A DNA stretch of 64,000 nt from Asterias rubens (taxonomy: Eukaryota), in contig NC_047073.1 in assembly GCF_902459465.1 (NCBI RefSeq), positions 11,842,001-11,906,000 on the forward strand. The letters are read 5' to 3'. Below the pieces are notes generated by a model. It saw nothing but the letters and a program-made list of their open reading frames with translations. It made no database searches and had not been told where the DNA came from. Shown here in pieces: positions 35,307 to 47,785 of this stretch. Each line of letters begins with the position of its first letter. Position 1 is the first letter of the stretch. The translations under genes and the position numbers were made by a program.

Positions 35307-36100
35307 GTTAACAACCTTGTTTATACTCTAGTGGACCGGTAGTTTGTTTGTCTTAAATTATTCCCTTATTTCGAAACGAAAATGCAGACTTTCTTCACCA
35401 AACATCGACTTCATTCTAATTTGGCTTTCAGGTCGCCCTAAGTACATGTTACTGAGTCAACGATAAACAGTTACATTCCTTTGTGTGTGTGTATAGTACA
35501 GGGGAACGTATTGTTCCAGGTCCCGTTACATGATAAACTATTAATGTGTGCTGTACATACGGGTCGACATGTCGATAAATCAATATCGACGGGGAACTCG
35601 GGGACGGTCTTAGAACTAGTCTTGCTGCAAGACGTTCTTGTTGAGGGCCTACGTATCGCGAGGGAGTGTTGGGTGGCATTGAACAACAACGGCTTGAAAC
35701 AAGACTATCTTATGAGCCAGTCGGGCTGTAAGATCGTAGGTTACCACGGGGTGGAGGGGGAGGGTAAGTCCTTGGCATGGGTTAGAAAATAGATTTGGGT
35801 TTTGGCAATAATTGATGAGGGAGACAACTCAACGTGAGAGAGATGAAAATAAACACACTCGTGTATTTGTATGCGTGTTCGGACTCCACTGTAAACACCA
35901 AGATGTTATTCTTCGTAGTCCTTTTTGTGGTGAACTTTCCAAAACAGTGCCCCAAATTCTGCCCCGTGTCTCAAAGTGGCTTTTTGTTGTTTGCTCTCTG
36001 TTGTTTTGGGGCTCAACGGTTTTTTTTATTTATTCATAGCAGTTGATAGGAAACCCAAACTTAGTCAATTGTCGTTCCCAATCATAACTAATGTATATAA

Positions 36101-36456
36101 AGAAACGGGACACTATTGGTAATTGTCAAAGACCAGTCTTCTCACTTGATGTATCTCAACATATGCAGAAAATAACAAACCAAATCTCGAAGTTGCGAGA
36201 TAATGATGGAAGAAAAGAAAACACCCTTGTCACACGAAGTTGTGTCAGATGCTTGATTTTGAGACCTCAAAATCTAATTCTGAGGTCTCGAAATCAAATT
36301 TGTGGAAAATTACTTCTTTCTCGAAAACTACGTTACTTCAGAGGGAGCCGTTTCTCACAATGTTTTATACTATCAACAGCTCCCCATTACTCGTTTACCA
36401 AGTAAGGTTTTATGCTGATAATTATTTTGAGTAATTACCAATAGTGTCCACTGCCT
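36101..36456. mobile_element. Kolobok-type MITE, family A
   Basis: Degenerate left TIR, intact right TIR + TTAA. Confidence 0.8.
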
Positions 36457-37272
36457 TTAAACTTATTTGAAAGTACAGGCTAGATTTTTAAATTATATTT
36501 GATTACGCATCCAACAACACAATTGGTGCTAATATTAGGGTGAATAGGAAATAAGACTGTTCAGTTCGTCTTCTCCGTGTATTTTGTGCAAGTTCGTGTC
36601 ACATACGAAACTGTGTGTATTTATTCGTTTTGAAACGGCATCATCTATCAATTCGATCCTAGAGAAAACATTCCCACAACCAATTTATTCCGGCGAAAGT
36701 TGGAACTTGCAATTTAAATTAGATGCCATGCCACATCATTAACCGAATGCCATTCCCAAAATTGAAATCGCTTTAATCGAATTTTTCTTTTACAACTTTC
36801 AATTTCAACTCGTTAGATACAGGTTGTGTCATTATGATGTTTACACTTATCGGTGACTAAACAACCATGTAATTATAGCTGCAGACACTATCTATATTTG
36901 TTCTGTTTGCTTATTGCTGCCAAGCAACAGATGAAAAAAAACATAAACGGATCACGTGCACACAAACCCATCCCCCACAGATGAGATGTCCACAAGGTCG
37001 AGACTTAATTTCCGACTCTTTGTTTGCATTTTGACGGTTTATGACCCAGCAACCACTAATTAAGGTCCCCTCTGTTGTTTCTTCGCCAGCAATAGTTTTG
37101 TGGATCATTAGTGTTCACTCTGTTACTCAAGCTTGACACGTTTTCTCGCCCATGACAAAACACCGAGGAGCTACACTAAGTGTTATTAGTCAGCCAGCTC
37201 AATTTCAGCTAGATGAACTAGCTATGTCGTACCTTTTTCGAAATTAAGCAGTTGTCTATTTTCGGAAGAATT

Positions 37273-38238
37273 ATGGAACTACTAAACGCATCTTCGACCG
37301 CATTGGAACTCTACTGCTCTTCGAGTTTGACAACAGCCTACTGTGTAAGTTTTCTTGTGTTTGACGCCGTGCTATTTCTGGGTATAACAATTGGGAATAC
37401 TTTAGTGGTGCTGTCCGTTGTACTGTTCTCAAACATGCGCTCATCAACGACTAATATTTTTCTGGCGAGCCTGGCCGTTGCAGACTTGTCTGTTGCGTTT
37501 CTATGCATCCCAATCGACGTGATGCTAGCCCTGGGCGTGGTGGGTGATGTCTCCCCTCTAGTCTGTCTGATTGGGAGTCAACTAACCAGCGTGTCGTTTG
37601 CGGTGTCCGCGAACCACCTCGTGGTCGTAGCGTACGACCGGTTCCTAGCCATCTCCAGACCGCTGCACTACCCCGGCCACATGACCACCACCCGGGTCCG
37701 ATTCCTCATCTTTGCGTCGTGGTCGGTCGCCATCTTGCTCAGTCTGGTCCCGTTCTTTGGTTGGAATAGCTTAGGTACCTACGATCTGGGGTACTGCGAC
37801 CTTCTCTTCATTCACCCCTTTAGCTACCGGTGCACAGCGGTCGTCTTTCTAGCATTCGTCCCGTTCACAATGATGGGGTACTTCTACTGGAGGATTTTCA
37901 AAGTTGCTCGCGAGCAGCGACGGCGAATTCGGGAACAGACCCAAGTCCTCCATCTTAGTAAGCGGAAACTTGGATTGGAACTCAAGGCGGCTAAGACGGT
38001 TGGGCTCATCATGGGGATATTCATCTTGGAATACACACCCGCCTCACTTGTGTCTTGTGCTGATGTGGTATTCACGGTGGAAGAACTCGCAGTATTCAAG
38101 TTATTCTCGTTTCATCTTTTATACAGTAATTCAGCGGTGAATCCTATGATGTACGCCTTCCGGAGCAAGGAATTCCGTGGGGGGTTCGTCAAACTTTTAC
38201 GGACGGTCTTCCCGTGTGGCACCAAACGGGACCAGTAA
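37273..38238 (+). CDS. Intronless class A (rhodopsin-like) GPCR, adenosine-receptor-like/orphan, 321 aa
   Basis: ATG at 37273 (MELLNAS, N-glycosylation site); 7 TM with GN, LAVADL, C3.25, DRF, W4.50, P5.50, KAAKT, NSAVNPMMY; no Asp3.32. Confidence 0.92.
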   Translation: MELLNASSTALELYCSSSLTTAYCVSFLVFDAVLFLGITIGNTLVVLSVVLFSNMRSSTTNIFLASLAVADLSVAFLCIPIDVMLALGVVGDVSPLVCLIGSQLTSVSFAVSANHLVVVAYDRFLAISRPLHYPGHMTTTRVRFLIFASWSVAILLSLVPFFGWNSLGTYDLGYCDLLFIHPFSYRCTAVVFLAFVPFTMMGYFYWRIFKVAREQRRRIREQTQVLHLSKRKLGLELKAAKTVGLIMGIFILEYTPASLVSCADVVFTVEELAVFKLFSFHLLYSNSAVNPMMYAFRSKEFRGGFVKLLRTVFPCGTKRDQ

Positions 38239-38902
38239 CAGTAAATGACGAGCTTAAGATTAGCACTTCTCAGTTTGAAACTTGTATTTCGTGATTTCTT
38301 GAAAAAAACAATGACATGATGGAAGTGGCGTTGTAACTGTTTCAGCTCATTTCGTCAAAAACTTGAAGTGGTTCGGCCGCGGAATTCTATACGAACAGTC
38401 TACCGCATATCGGTTTGGCGACGAAGGTCATAATTATAGACCCCTAATAATTTCAATTTCAATTTCAATTTTAATTTCAAATCACTTTATTATCCACGAT
38501 GGAAAATTAATTTCGGCCTTCATAAAAAATACGAAAAATTTACAAAACTTACATAAAATGATTGTTTTACCATCAGTGCTCAAGCGAGGATTGATAACGT
38601 GATCCAATAACATTTTAATGCATGAATAACATTAAATGCATTAAAAAAGCTCTTTGATTTATATATATTATTTATGCATATTATTTTATTTGGTCAAAAT
38701 ATTTTACTTTTTGTAGGCGTTTTCTTTATGAACATAATTTTATATGATAGGAGTAACTATAGAATACAGGGCCACATTCGGCGACAGGTTTTTTTATGCA
38801 GTTTGATGCGATGTGACGAGAGGGAAATATTATGGCCAAGTATCCAGCAATACAAGTACTTCCATTAATAGAGGGCGGTATTTTCAATGGGGAATAATAA
38901 TA

Positions 38903-39050
38903 GACCTTATCGCAAATACCAATGCGCAAGCGCAGACTGTTGAATGAGGTGCATTGTGGGATAGATATGGATCAAATTTTGATGCCAGCAAGACCACAAT
39001 GCACCTAATTCCAAGCTTTACGCGCGCGCCCCGGTATTTGCGATAAGGTC
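38903..39050. mobile_element. 148-bp MITE with TA TSD
   Basis: TA|GACCTTATCGCAAATACC ... GGTATTTGCGATAAGGTC|TA; near-identical copy at 41123-41270. Confidence 0.85.
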
Positions 39051-39089
39051 TATAGAGGAAACGGTGGGTGGGAAGAAATAGGGGGGGGC

Positions 39090-40120
39090 GCTGGTGGGGA
39101 GTAGTGAGAAGAGATGGGAGTCTGGATGACTGAATGCGTGGATGCGAAGTGGGCAGGCAAAGAAGGGAACTTCAATAAATAGAGGGCGGTATTTTCAATG
39201 GGCAATAAATAGAGGTAACAATGGGGAGTAGTGAGAAGAGATGGGATGACTGGATGCGCGGATGCGAAGTGGGTAGGCAAAGAAGGGAACTTCAATAAAT
39301 AGAGGGCGGTATTTTCAATGGGCAATAAATAGAGGTAACAATGGGGAGTAGTGAGAAGAGATGGGATGACTGGATGCGTGGATGCGAAGTGGGTAGGCAA
39401 AGGAACTTCAATAAATAGAGGGCGGTATTTTCAATGGGCAATAAATAGAGGTAGCGGTGGGGAGTAGTGATGAGAAGAGATGGGAGTCTGGATGACTGGA
39501 TGCGCGGATGCGTGGATGCGAAGTGGGCAGGCAAAAAAGAGAACTTTAATAATAGCGGGGGTAGGGATGGGGAACATTTGCATAGCAGCAATATATATAA
39601 AGTAAATGGAATTCGGGCTTTCTTTCACTTTTTAAAATAATCCTTGAATGGGAACATTTGCATAGCGGCAATAAATATAAAGTAAATGGAATTCGGGCTT
39701 TCTTTCACTTTTTAAAATAATCCTTGAATGGGGAAAGTTTTCATAGCGGCATTATAAATTAAGTAAATGGAATTCGGGCTTTGTTTCCCATTTTAAAATT
39801 AATAATCCTTCAATTGGGAACATTTACATGGCGGCAATATATATAAAGTAAATGGAATTCGGGCTTTCTTTCCCTTTTTAAAATAATCCTTGAATGGAGA
39901 ACATTTTGCAAAGCGGCAATAACTATTAAGTAAATGGAATTCGGGCTTTCTTTTCCTTTAAAAAATAATCCTTGCATAGGGAACATTTGCATAAAATAAT
40001 AAGGGACTATATATATATATAGAGAGGTAACGGTGGGGAGTAGTGAGAAGAGATGGGAGTCTGGATGCGCGGATGCGCGGATGCGCGGATGCGCGGATGC
40101 GCGGATGCGCGGATGCGAAG
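39090..40120. repeat. Composite satellite: ~120-bp units, ~80-bp units, (GGATGCGC)n
   Basis: Period 120 (39161/39281), period ~80 x5 (39601-39950), six perfect GGATGCGC at 40063-40110. Confidence 0.85.
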
Positions 40121-40214
40121 TGGGTAGGCCAGTCCGTGGCCGACTGGGCATCCACGCAGCCTTGGATGCTATAAAACTTACCTAACAAAATAATAACAAT
40201 TACATATCTGAGGT

Positions 40215-40423
40215 TAATGGACCGTTCCGGCTTTCCACTAAGCTCCGCCCACCGCGCACGTGAGCAAGACACGTGTACGAGCACTCCCAATGACATTCTG
40301 CACGATTCTGCCGCGCGTGCCAATATACGCGCACGCATGACCGAGTTTGTCCGACCACAATGCTGTGATTGGTCAAATGGGTGAACGCGCACAGTTTGAT
40401 TGACAGGCCGGATCGGTCCATTA
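40215..40423. mobile_element. Unclassified MITE
   Basis: TAATGGACCG / CGGTCCATTA inverted ends. Confidence 0.45.
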
Positions 40424-40974
40424 CCCCCAAACAGGAAAAATATGAAAAATATTATTTATTAAGCTACATTCATCATTAATAGATTCTAAAAATTTGAGGA
40501 AATTCCGTCGAGGTTTAAATATTATGAGGATGGGTTATGTGAAGGATAGTGGGGTCTGTTCTTGCAGTCAGCGTGCCTGTTGACTATACTGTAACGTCGA
40601 CCGGGGGGTTGCAATGCACACAGTTTAATGACTAAAGAAAGGTACAATTAACTGGCTATTCTGTCATCGTTTCGGAGCTTTATTAACACTCAACAATTCA
40701 CTGAAAGTACACGAGAGAGAAGGCCTAAGCCAGAGAGCACCCTCTCTGGCGAGCAGACTCACAAATCGACCGGCTTGGGCCAAAAGCAGTGCTCCGAAGG
40801 GGAGTCGTGCTGGCACCGCCGCTACAATACGCTGTATTGTGTAAACGGAAATCGATGAGCCCCAAACGTTTTAGTTGGGACTAGGTGAAGTTTAGCAATA
40901 ACACAGGACACGGTCAATATTTCCTTCGGATACTTATTGGTGTGTACAAATGAACCCCAAACCTTTGAGAATAA

Positions 40975-41086
40975 GGCCGTGTCCGAAACGACGACTTCGG
41001 CTACAGATACGTCTAGATCAGCGCGTCTACCACTGTTGAAGAATAGCAGACGCGCGCGATCTAGCCGTAGCTGTAGCCGAAGTCGC
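40975..41086. mobile_element. Harbinger-type MITE (truncated)
   Basis: TAA|GGCCGTGTCCGAAAC left end; homologous to 45810-45929 and 56025-56153. Confidence 0.7.
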
Positions 41087-41122
41087 CCAACAATGGTCTA
41101 TGTGCGCTGACATCTTGCCATA

Positions 41123-41270
41123 GACCTTATCGCAAATACCAATGCGCCAGCGCAGACTCTTGAATGAGGTGCATTGTGGGATAGATATGGATCAAATTTT
41201 GATACCAGCAAGACCACAATGCACCTAATTCCAAGCTTTACGCGCGCGCCCCGGTATTTGCGATAAGGTC
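41123..41270. mobile_element. 148-bp MITE with TA TSD
   Basis: Three substitutions versus 38903-39050. Confidence 0.85.
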
Positions 41271-41907
41271 TATATTGCCATACGCGCGTGTCACACGATG
41301 ATAATTTTGCCATATGCGCGTATTGCGCGGTATTGATACGCCGCGTCCACAGACGACACACAGAGGGTGGTCGAGCTCAGCGTTCTCCGGGTTCAATTTC
41401 TATGCATAAGGTCTATTGCAACGTCATAACCCGATTGTTTGCCAACCGAGGTTGGAAAACTATGGAAAGCCACTAATGCAAAACAACAACAGATGGCAAT
41501 AGTTTCTAACAATGTCACACAACTATTCATAATAGTGTTGAATATGTTGGAAACAAAGTAAGCAGTCTTTTGTGGTTAGTTATTAAATTGGAAGTTTGCA
41601 AACAAAATTTGAATTTTGTCGGAACATTATGTTAACACGATTGAATGTTTTTGGTATAACAACCGGCCGTACATGCCAACCAGCGCATTTTGTTTATCAA
41701 CGATGATAAAGGTCTATACTAAACTTATATTTATCTTGTACAATCAATCTAATAAAATTATTAATCTCATTACATAATACAATGCAGGACTGCTGGAATT
41801 ATAAACAGCAGTCTTTGAAAATAGAAAGTTTGATTTCACTTTGATAAAAGTCGAAAAATAAAACCATCGCCCCACGTCAGCACATTTTGATGAGGCACTG
41901 AAAGGGT

Positions 41908-44900
41908 CTAAATCGATGTGAAGACGGCCACCAACAAAGCTATCACAAGAGTTGAAACATGCACACTTGCAGTAAACGAACCTTCAACAAAACACAACAA
42001 TCAGTACTTCAGAGATTGGATTTATAAGCCTCAATGCACATTTTCAAAATTGTCTTAGAGATATTTTTTGAGAAAATAAAATTAGCTGTTGCAAGCTGCT
42101 TACCTACCAAAAGGACATATAATTATTATGATAAAAATTCAAAAAATGAGTGAGTTGCCTGACGTTTCGACCCTGGCAGAGTCTTTCTCGAAGGCTAAAT
42201 TACCCTATGATAATATTGTTGATCAAATTTATTCATAACACACAAAAATATCACTTAAATACGGTGAACAAAATGATTTATGAATTTCAAATAGGTACAT
42301 TATTTGAAATTAGTTCACTCTACCTACCTATGTTGTTAACTATTTCTGAGTGCACTCCTGACCAATACTTGTGTGGTGGACCCTGCACAATGGTGGCCCT
42401 ACAGTTGAATGGGTAGTAAAAAGTATGTGTTGAAAAAGATAACAGTAGATATCAGGGGAATCCAACGGAAATGTCTTGCCGCCACATAAAGAAAAACAAT
42501 CTCTCTCGACCGTGTACGTACACGATGAGTTATCATGCACATAACCCCTCACAGAACCTGTATTAAAAGTATTTAAATGTCAGTGGAAATTCTTCAAATC
42601 TTCAGAATCAAATATTGATTAATCTAAATTGATGACAATTATCTTTTTAATGTTTTTCTTATTGACTATAACCGACTTATTTAAAAGTAAGCTGGTCTCC
42701 AACGTGTTGGGCTTGTTTATATTTGATTTCCAAACCGTTTCCGCAGTCAATGGCGCATACTCGCGTCATTGTCACACTGTGGCTTTGTCGCTTTGTCACT
42801 TTGTCGCATTGTCACTTTGTCGCATTGTCGCTTGTCGCGTTGTTGCATTGTTGACTTTGCACAAACTGCCGAAATCAACATGTAAGAACCAACAAGGCAA
42901 AAATGCGACAATACGACAGCTCAACCCGACAGTACGAGTCAACATTTGCGTTAAAGGCACTGAACACTATTGGTAATATCAAACAAGCCACCACGATCTC
43001 AAGTTTCAAGACTCTTCTCAAAACATAACTATTTAAAACTTCATATGCTTAATTATTCTGTTGTTTTCCTCCGAGCGCTTAGAGACTTTCTTTTGGAGGT
43101 ATTAGGCGCTATAGAAATACGGTTGTTATTATTATTATTATTAACGGGCAATGGAGAGCTGTTGATATAAAATACTGTGAGAAACGGCTCCCTTAATTTC
43201 TCACTCAAATATCAAAAGACTTCAGGCCTGAAGCCTGAAGCACACACTTGTGCAACAAATGTGCTTTTTCTGTCATTATTCTCTTGTAAAGTCGATGACT
43301 AATTGAAAACAAATTTTCACAGATTTGTTATTTTATGCTTATTTCGGGATACGCTTAGTGAGAATACTGATCTTTGACAATTGCCGAAGGTGTCCATGCC
43401 TTTAATGCTTGCGTCTACAAACATTTGTTTTTAGATGCAATAAATGCTTACCTGAAAACAATAGGTTCTTTATCATCGGGTCCGGGCGTCCATGTCACCG
43501 TCATGTTGGTTATTGCGTGATTGTTGTTATGACCCAATGCATCCTGTATTGGCAATGAGATCAGAATGAAGTTAAAGGCTAGAGCTGACAAATTTAGTTG
43601 CAGACAGTGCTTATGTTTTGTGTGATAAACCATAGTAGGCTACACACTCTCTTAATGTAAAAGAGTGAATAACACCACTGTTTACATTTCGAGCTGTCCT
43701 CCATATGGCTCTTAAAAAAGAGTGGTGGTTATTTCACTCTTTTAGAGGGGTTTCCAGTCCAGGACAGAGTGAAAATCACTCAAAAAGATGCAAACTTCAA
43801 TTTAAAAGAGTGGAAGACCACTCGAAAAAGAGTTGTCCTTCATATGGCTCTTCAAAGAGTGCTTGTTCACTCTTCACTAAGAGAGCATGAACATCAAGCA
43901 ATTGAAAATTGTGGCTTAATTTGTTGTGTGAGTCAGGAGAAACTATTTAAAAAAAACTAGCACGATTTTAAGTATGTTAACACATTGTCCTTGATTTTCG
44001 TCGTATTTGCATTTGTATAAAATATTTTTAGGTTTTCAGATCCCTTTTTCTCGGCTAGAATAAGGCTTCATTTCAGAGGGGAATCCAACATTTAAGTTTG
44101 GGGAACAAACGCTAATGTTATATTCTGAGCTAACATTACGTAACAAGGTACATTATGATTATAATAGCAAATCGCTGAAATTAATTATCGGTATAATAAA
44201 AAACAAATGAGTAACACCCCTACCGCATCTGATGAACAGGCAAGGGGTTCAGCCCCCTTCGGAGCTCCGCTGAAAGATCCCACAGGTCGAGTTGTCCAAT
44301 CAGGGTCACAGGTCAAGACGAATTCGCACTGACGTCTTGCTTGCAAGAAGAAACCTTTAAAGAATACTCCACTACTGTCATTCACTCGCAAAGTCACTGT
44401 CAGATAATGCAACAAGAAAACAAATAATGCTGAAACCTGTTCTTTTGTCGCACTTTTGTTGTGGGTTTATTCAAGAGTGACATTTACTCAATAGTAAAAA
44501 TTACGTCGTAACATAATGTAACACCGTACCGTTTCGTAGCGTTACGTTGTGTAATACGTTATGTAACGTTGGTTTGCGTTACGTTTGGTTACGTACGTTC
44601 CCTTACAATTGATTCGATACGTTACACCATTTTTGTGTCTATTCGCCAGGTAGATTTTGTTTTTTGGAGAACTGTCTTGCTTTGTATTCTACTACACCGC
44701 GGAGTAGATTTTCGGAAATCAGGAGACCTCTCAGTATGAAATGAACTGTCCTGCTTTTTAACTTCTACCTGGGCAGAAGGTTATAGACAATCGGCCGGGA
44801 CAACTACTATTTTAGCTTATAGTGGATCGTTACTAATTCACCACCACCTGGAGTGAGTTCTTAATATAAAGGCAGTGGACACTTTTGGTAATTACTCACA

Positions 44901-45513
44901 ATAGTTATTAGCATAAAACCTTACTTGGTAACAAGTAATAGGGATATGTTGATGGAATAAAACATTGCGAGAAACGGCTCCCTCTGAAGTGACGTAGTTT
45001 TCGAGAAAGAAATAACTTTCCACGAATTTGATTTCGATACCTCAGATTTAGAATTTGAGTTCTCGAAATCAAGCATCTGAAAGCACACAACTTTGTGTGA
45101 CAAGGGTGTTTTTTTCTTCCATTATTATCTCGCAACTTCGACGACCAATTGATCTAAAATGTTCACATGTTTGTTATTTTGTGCACCAAGAGATACACCA
45201 AGAGAGAAAAAATAATGGTCTTTGACAATTACCAATAGTGTCCACTGCCTTTAGTTTCGACTAGCTTGCTCCAGTCGTCGTCGGAAGACTGCCTTTTCCT
45301 ACCTTGTATGGACTCGCCTGTTTTATACGTCGGACTGCTAACTTCAATGTTGTACGGTGGTGGACCGGTGGCCGTTGTCGGCTGATGATGGTGTGATTTT
45401 GGTTCCATGCTAGTGCATATGTTTGGATGTCTCTCAACAGGCACATGATCTGGTAGTGCCAATGTTCCACTTGGCGACAACATCACTATCACAAGTACAA
45501 GAAGGACTGACAT
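41908..45513 (-). CDS. Reeler-domain protein 1 (putative defense protein-like), signal peptide + GPI-type tail, 206 aa
   Basis: Exons 45513-45303, 44396-44224, 43543-43452, 42398-42328, 41981-41908 total 621 nt. Motifs CTSMEP.SH, PPYNI, FKGFFLQAR, GHNN, VTWTP, FRATIVQ, KYW, C-terminal STLVIALLVAVFTSI. Confidence 0.88.
42955..43401. mobile_element. Kolobok-type MITE family A, rearranged (contains L2-type tail)
   Basis: TTAA-flanked degenerate TIRs; internal AGCGCTTAGAG...AGGCGCTATAGAAAT + (TTA)n. Confidence 0.6.
44870..45250. mobile_element. Kolobok-type MITE, family A
   Basis: Family-A TIRs and body. Confidence 0.85.
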
Positions 45514-45619
45514 GTTCCAACCCTGTGGAGGGAAACATAATAAATTCTGTAGCGATAGTAATTTTCTTCTTCTTTCGTTTGATCTCTGGGAACAAGGTGA
45601 ACAATGAATATAGTGACCT

Positions 45620-45790
45620 TATTCAATCCACTTGATGGTATCCTCGTCGAGGTCTCTGAGCCTGATCGTCTGAAGTCAGAACACTCATGAATGATGTGGT
45701 TGATGGTTTGTGGTCTGCCACACCGACACAAATGAAGCTGGTGGCTCCGATGCTGTGTGAAGGAATTACGCGTTATATTACGGTCCCAGC
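45620..45790 (-). mobile_element. Non-LTR retrotransposon ORF2 C-terminal fragment
   Basis: CRCGRPQTINHIIHEC zinc-knuckle (CxC...HxxxxC) typical of LINE RT C-termini. Confidence 0.5.
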
Positions 45791-45809
45791 GAGTTCTAAG
45801 GCAGAATAA

Positions 45810-45929
45810 GGCCGTGTCCGAAACGGCGACAGCTACGGCTAGATCGCGCGCGTCTGACTATCCTTCAACACTGACAGACGCGCTGATCTAGCCGTAGCTG
45901 TAGCCGAAGTCGCCAATTCGGACACGGCC
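45810..45929. mobile_element. Harbinger-type MITE
   Basis: TAA|GGCCGTGTCCGAA ... TTCGGACACGGCC|TAA. Confidence 0.85.
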
Positions 45930-46923
45930 TAAGCCACAAAGTAAAACGTTTCGTCGCTGCACTAAAGGGAAACGGAAAGATGCACGTTGTTTCTGCCCAC
46001 AGTTGGCCACCGCCGGCCATGGTTTGTTAATTCCGAACATATCCATCTGGACAAAATACTAGTATGTATTTCTCCCAAGTTCTTACCCGGTTGAGACACC
46101 GGACACAAACTCCACGGTCCCGATCAGAGCGTGGGTTCGAGAGTCGTGACACCCATGATGCGCTTCGTCCTTCGGAAGGACCGATCCGCAGGACTGAACC
46201 TGGAAATGTTTCTGTCCTTTAATGGCAACTGGTGAGTTAAGGCCATGCATGATGTAAAATCTTTTCTGCATAATTTTATCCCATCATAAAGCTTTTGTTA
46301 TTGGCGTTAATCAGTTTCAGAGAACTTCATTCTATATATGAGCAAGGACACGCTAATCCAAAACACACACGATGGCACCGTATACGCTTAATAAACAGAG
46401 TAAAAAAAGATTGAACTTTAAACATTGTGTTTGGCGTGTTTCAATAGCAGAACAGACTCTTGTTGCGGTATAGACACAAATTTGTGCTCGGTTAGTCGAT
46501 GATTTCAGCTTCATGGTCCCAAACAAAAAACTAGAGTGAACAAGGTTTTGAACTTTAAACATCGTACTTTTTGCGTGTTACAGTCAACATAAAATCAGCG
46601 ATCACAGACAACTTGAGGTTGCATGATACGTGTAATCAGTTGGTGCCTGATTTCAGCTTCATTGGATTCCCCTATACGCGGTCTGGGTCATGACCTATCT
46701 CCCCTTTATCAGAAATATTCATTGTTCCATAAGATAAATATTGTGAATAATACACCAGTGTGTTAATATGCATACAAAGGTAAAACAGATAAAGCCACAA
46801 GCAAGGCCTTCTGAGAAAGACAAAAATGGCGCGGCGAGATCGTACACTACTGGGAACGAGGTTGACTAGATGCCTCTTTTGAGCGTGAGCGTAGGAGTGG
46901 ATCGGCCTCAGGCCCACTTTTAA

Positions 46924-47309
46924 AGAAACATGTTGCCTCGGATCGGTCGATTTGGTCTATGAAAAGCGTTTGTAACCGTTTGTTATAAAATGCATATGAT
47001 TATAGAAAGATATTTTAAAAGTAGAATATCATGATCCACACAATTATCACTCGAAATTGCGTGAAGTTTCCTTTTACCTCGTCGATTAACACGGTCGGCC
47101 ATTTAGGTGAGTCAAATTTGTTGACTCCCATAAATGGCCGACCGTGTTAGTTTGCGAAGTAAACGGAAAACCTCCCAATTTCGAGGCAAATTTGTGTGGA
47201 TTATTGTATTCTACTTTTTAAACTTCTTTCTAACCATATGCATTTTATAACAAACGGTTACAAACGCTTTTCAAAGACCAACTCGACCGATCCAAGGCAA
47301 CGTGTTTCT
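46924..47309. mobile_element. Kolobok-type MITE, family B
   Basis: TTAA|AGAAACATGTTGCC ... GGCAACGTGTTTCT|TTAA. Confidence 0.8.
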
Positions 47310-47413
47310 TTAAAGTGTGCGATATTCTAGCATAAGTATTTTATTGACTTTTTTTCTTTGTCGTTGTTTTGTTTTGCAAACAATAACTGTTTTGTTCATT
47401 GGCCGGTGATTAA

Positions 47414-47785
47414 AGGCATTGGACACTATTTGTAGTTACTCAAAACAATTGTTAGCATTAGAAACTTACTTGGTAACGAACACAATGGATAGCAATTGAT
47501 AGTGAAGAAAATGGCTCCCTCTGAACATGAAGTAACGTAGTTTTTGAGAAAGAAGTAATTTGTCACTAGAATATTTGAATTAAATAAGAGACCGCAGCTG
47601 AGGTCTCGAATTCAGGGCATCTGAAAACACACAACTTGTGGGTGTTCTTCCAATTATTCTCTCGCAACTTTGACTATCAATTGAGTCCAAATGTTCACAG
47701 TTTTGTTTTGTTTATGCACATAATGAGCTACACCAAGTGAGAAGACTGGTTTTGACAAAAAAACACCAAAGGTGTGTCCAGTGCA
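47414..47785. mobile_element. Kolobok-type MITE family A, degenerate
   Basis: TTAA|AGGCATTGGACAC left end, decayed right end. Confidence 0.65.

Noticed and set aside
35481-35792. Coding N-terminal exon of the GPCR
   Set aside because: Its phase-1 donor cannot join any nearby acceptor in frame with the GPCR ATG; treated as a possible UTR exon only.
39050-40392. Pro/His-rich ORFs (MPTHFASTHP..., ASAHPRIR...)
   Set aside because: Translations of satellite units.
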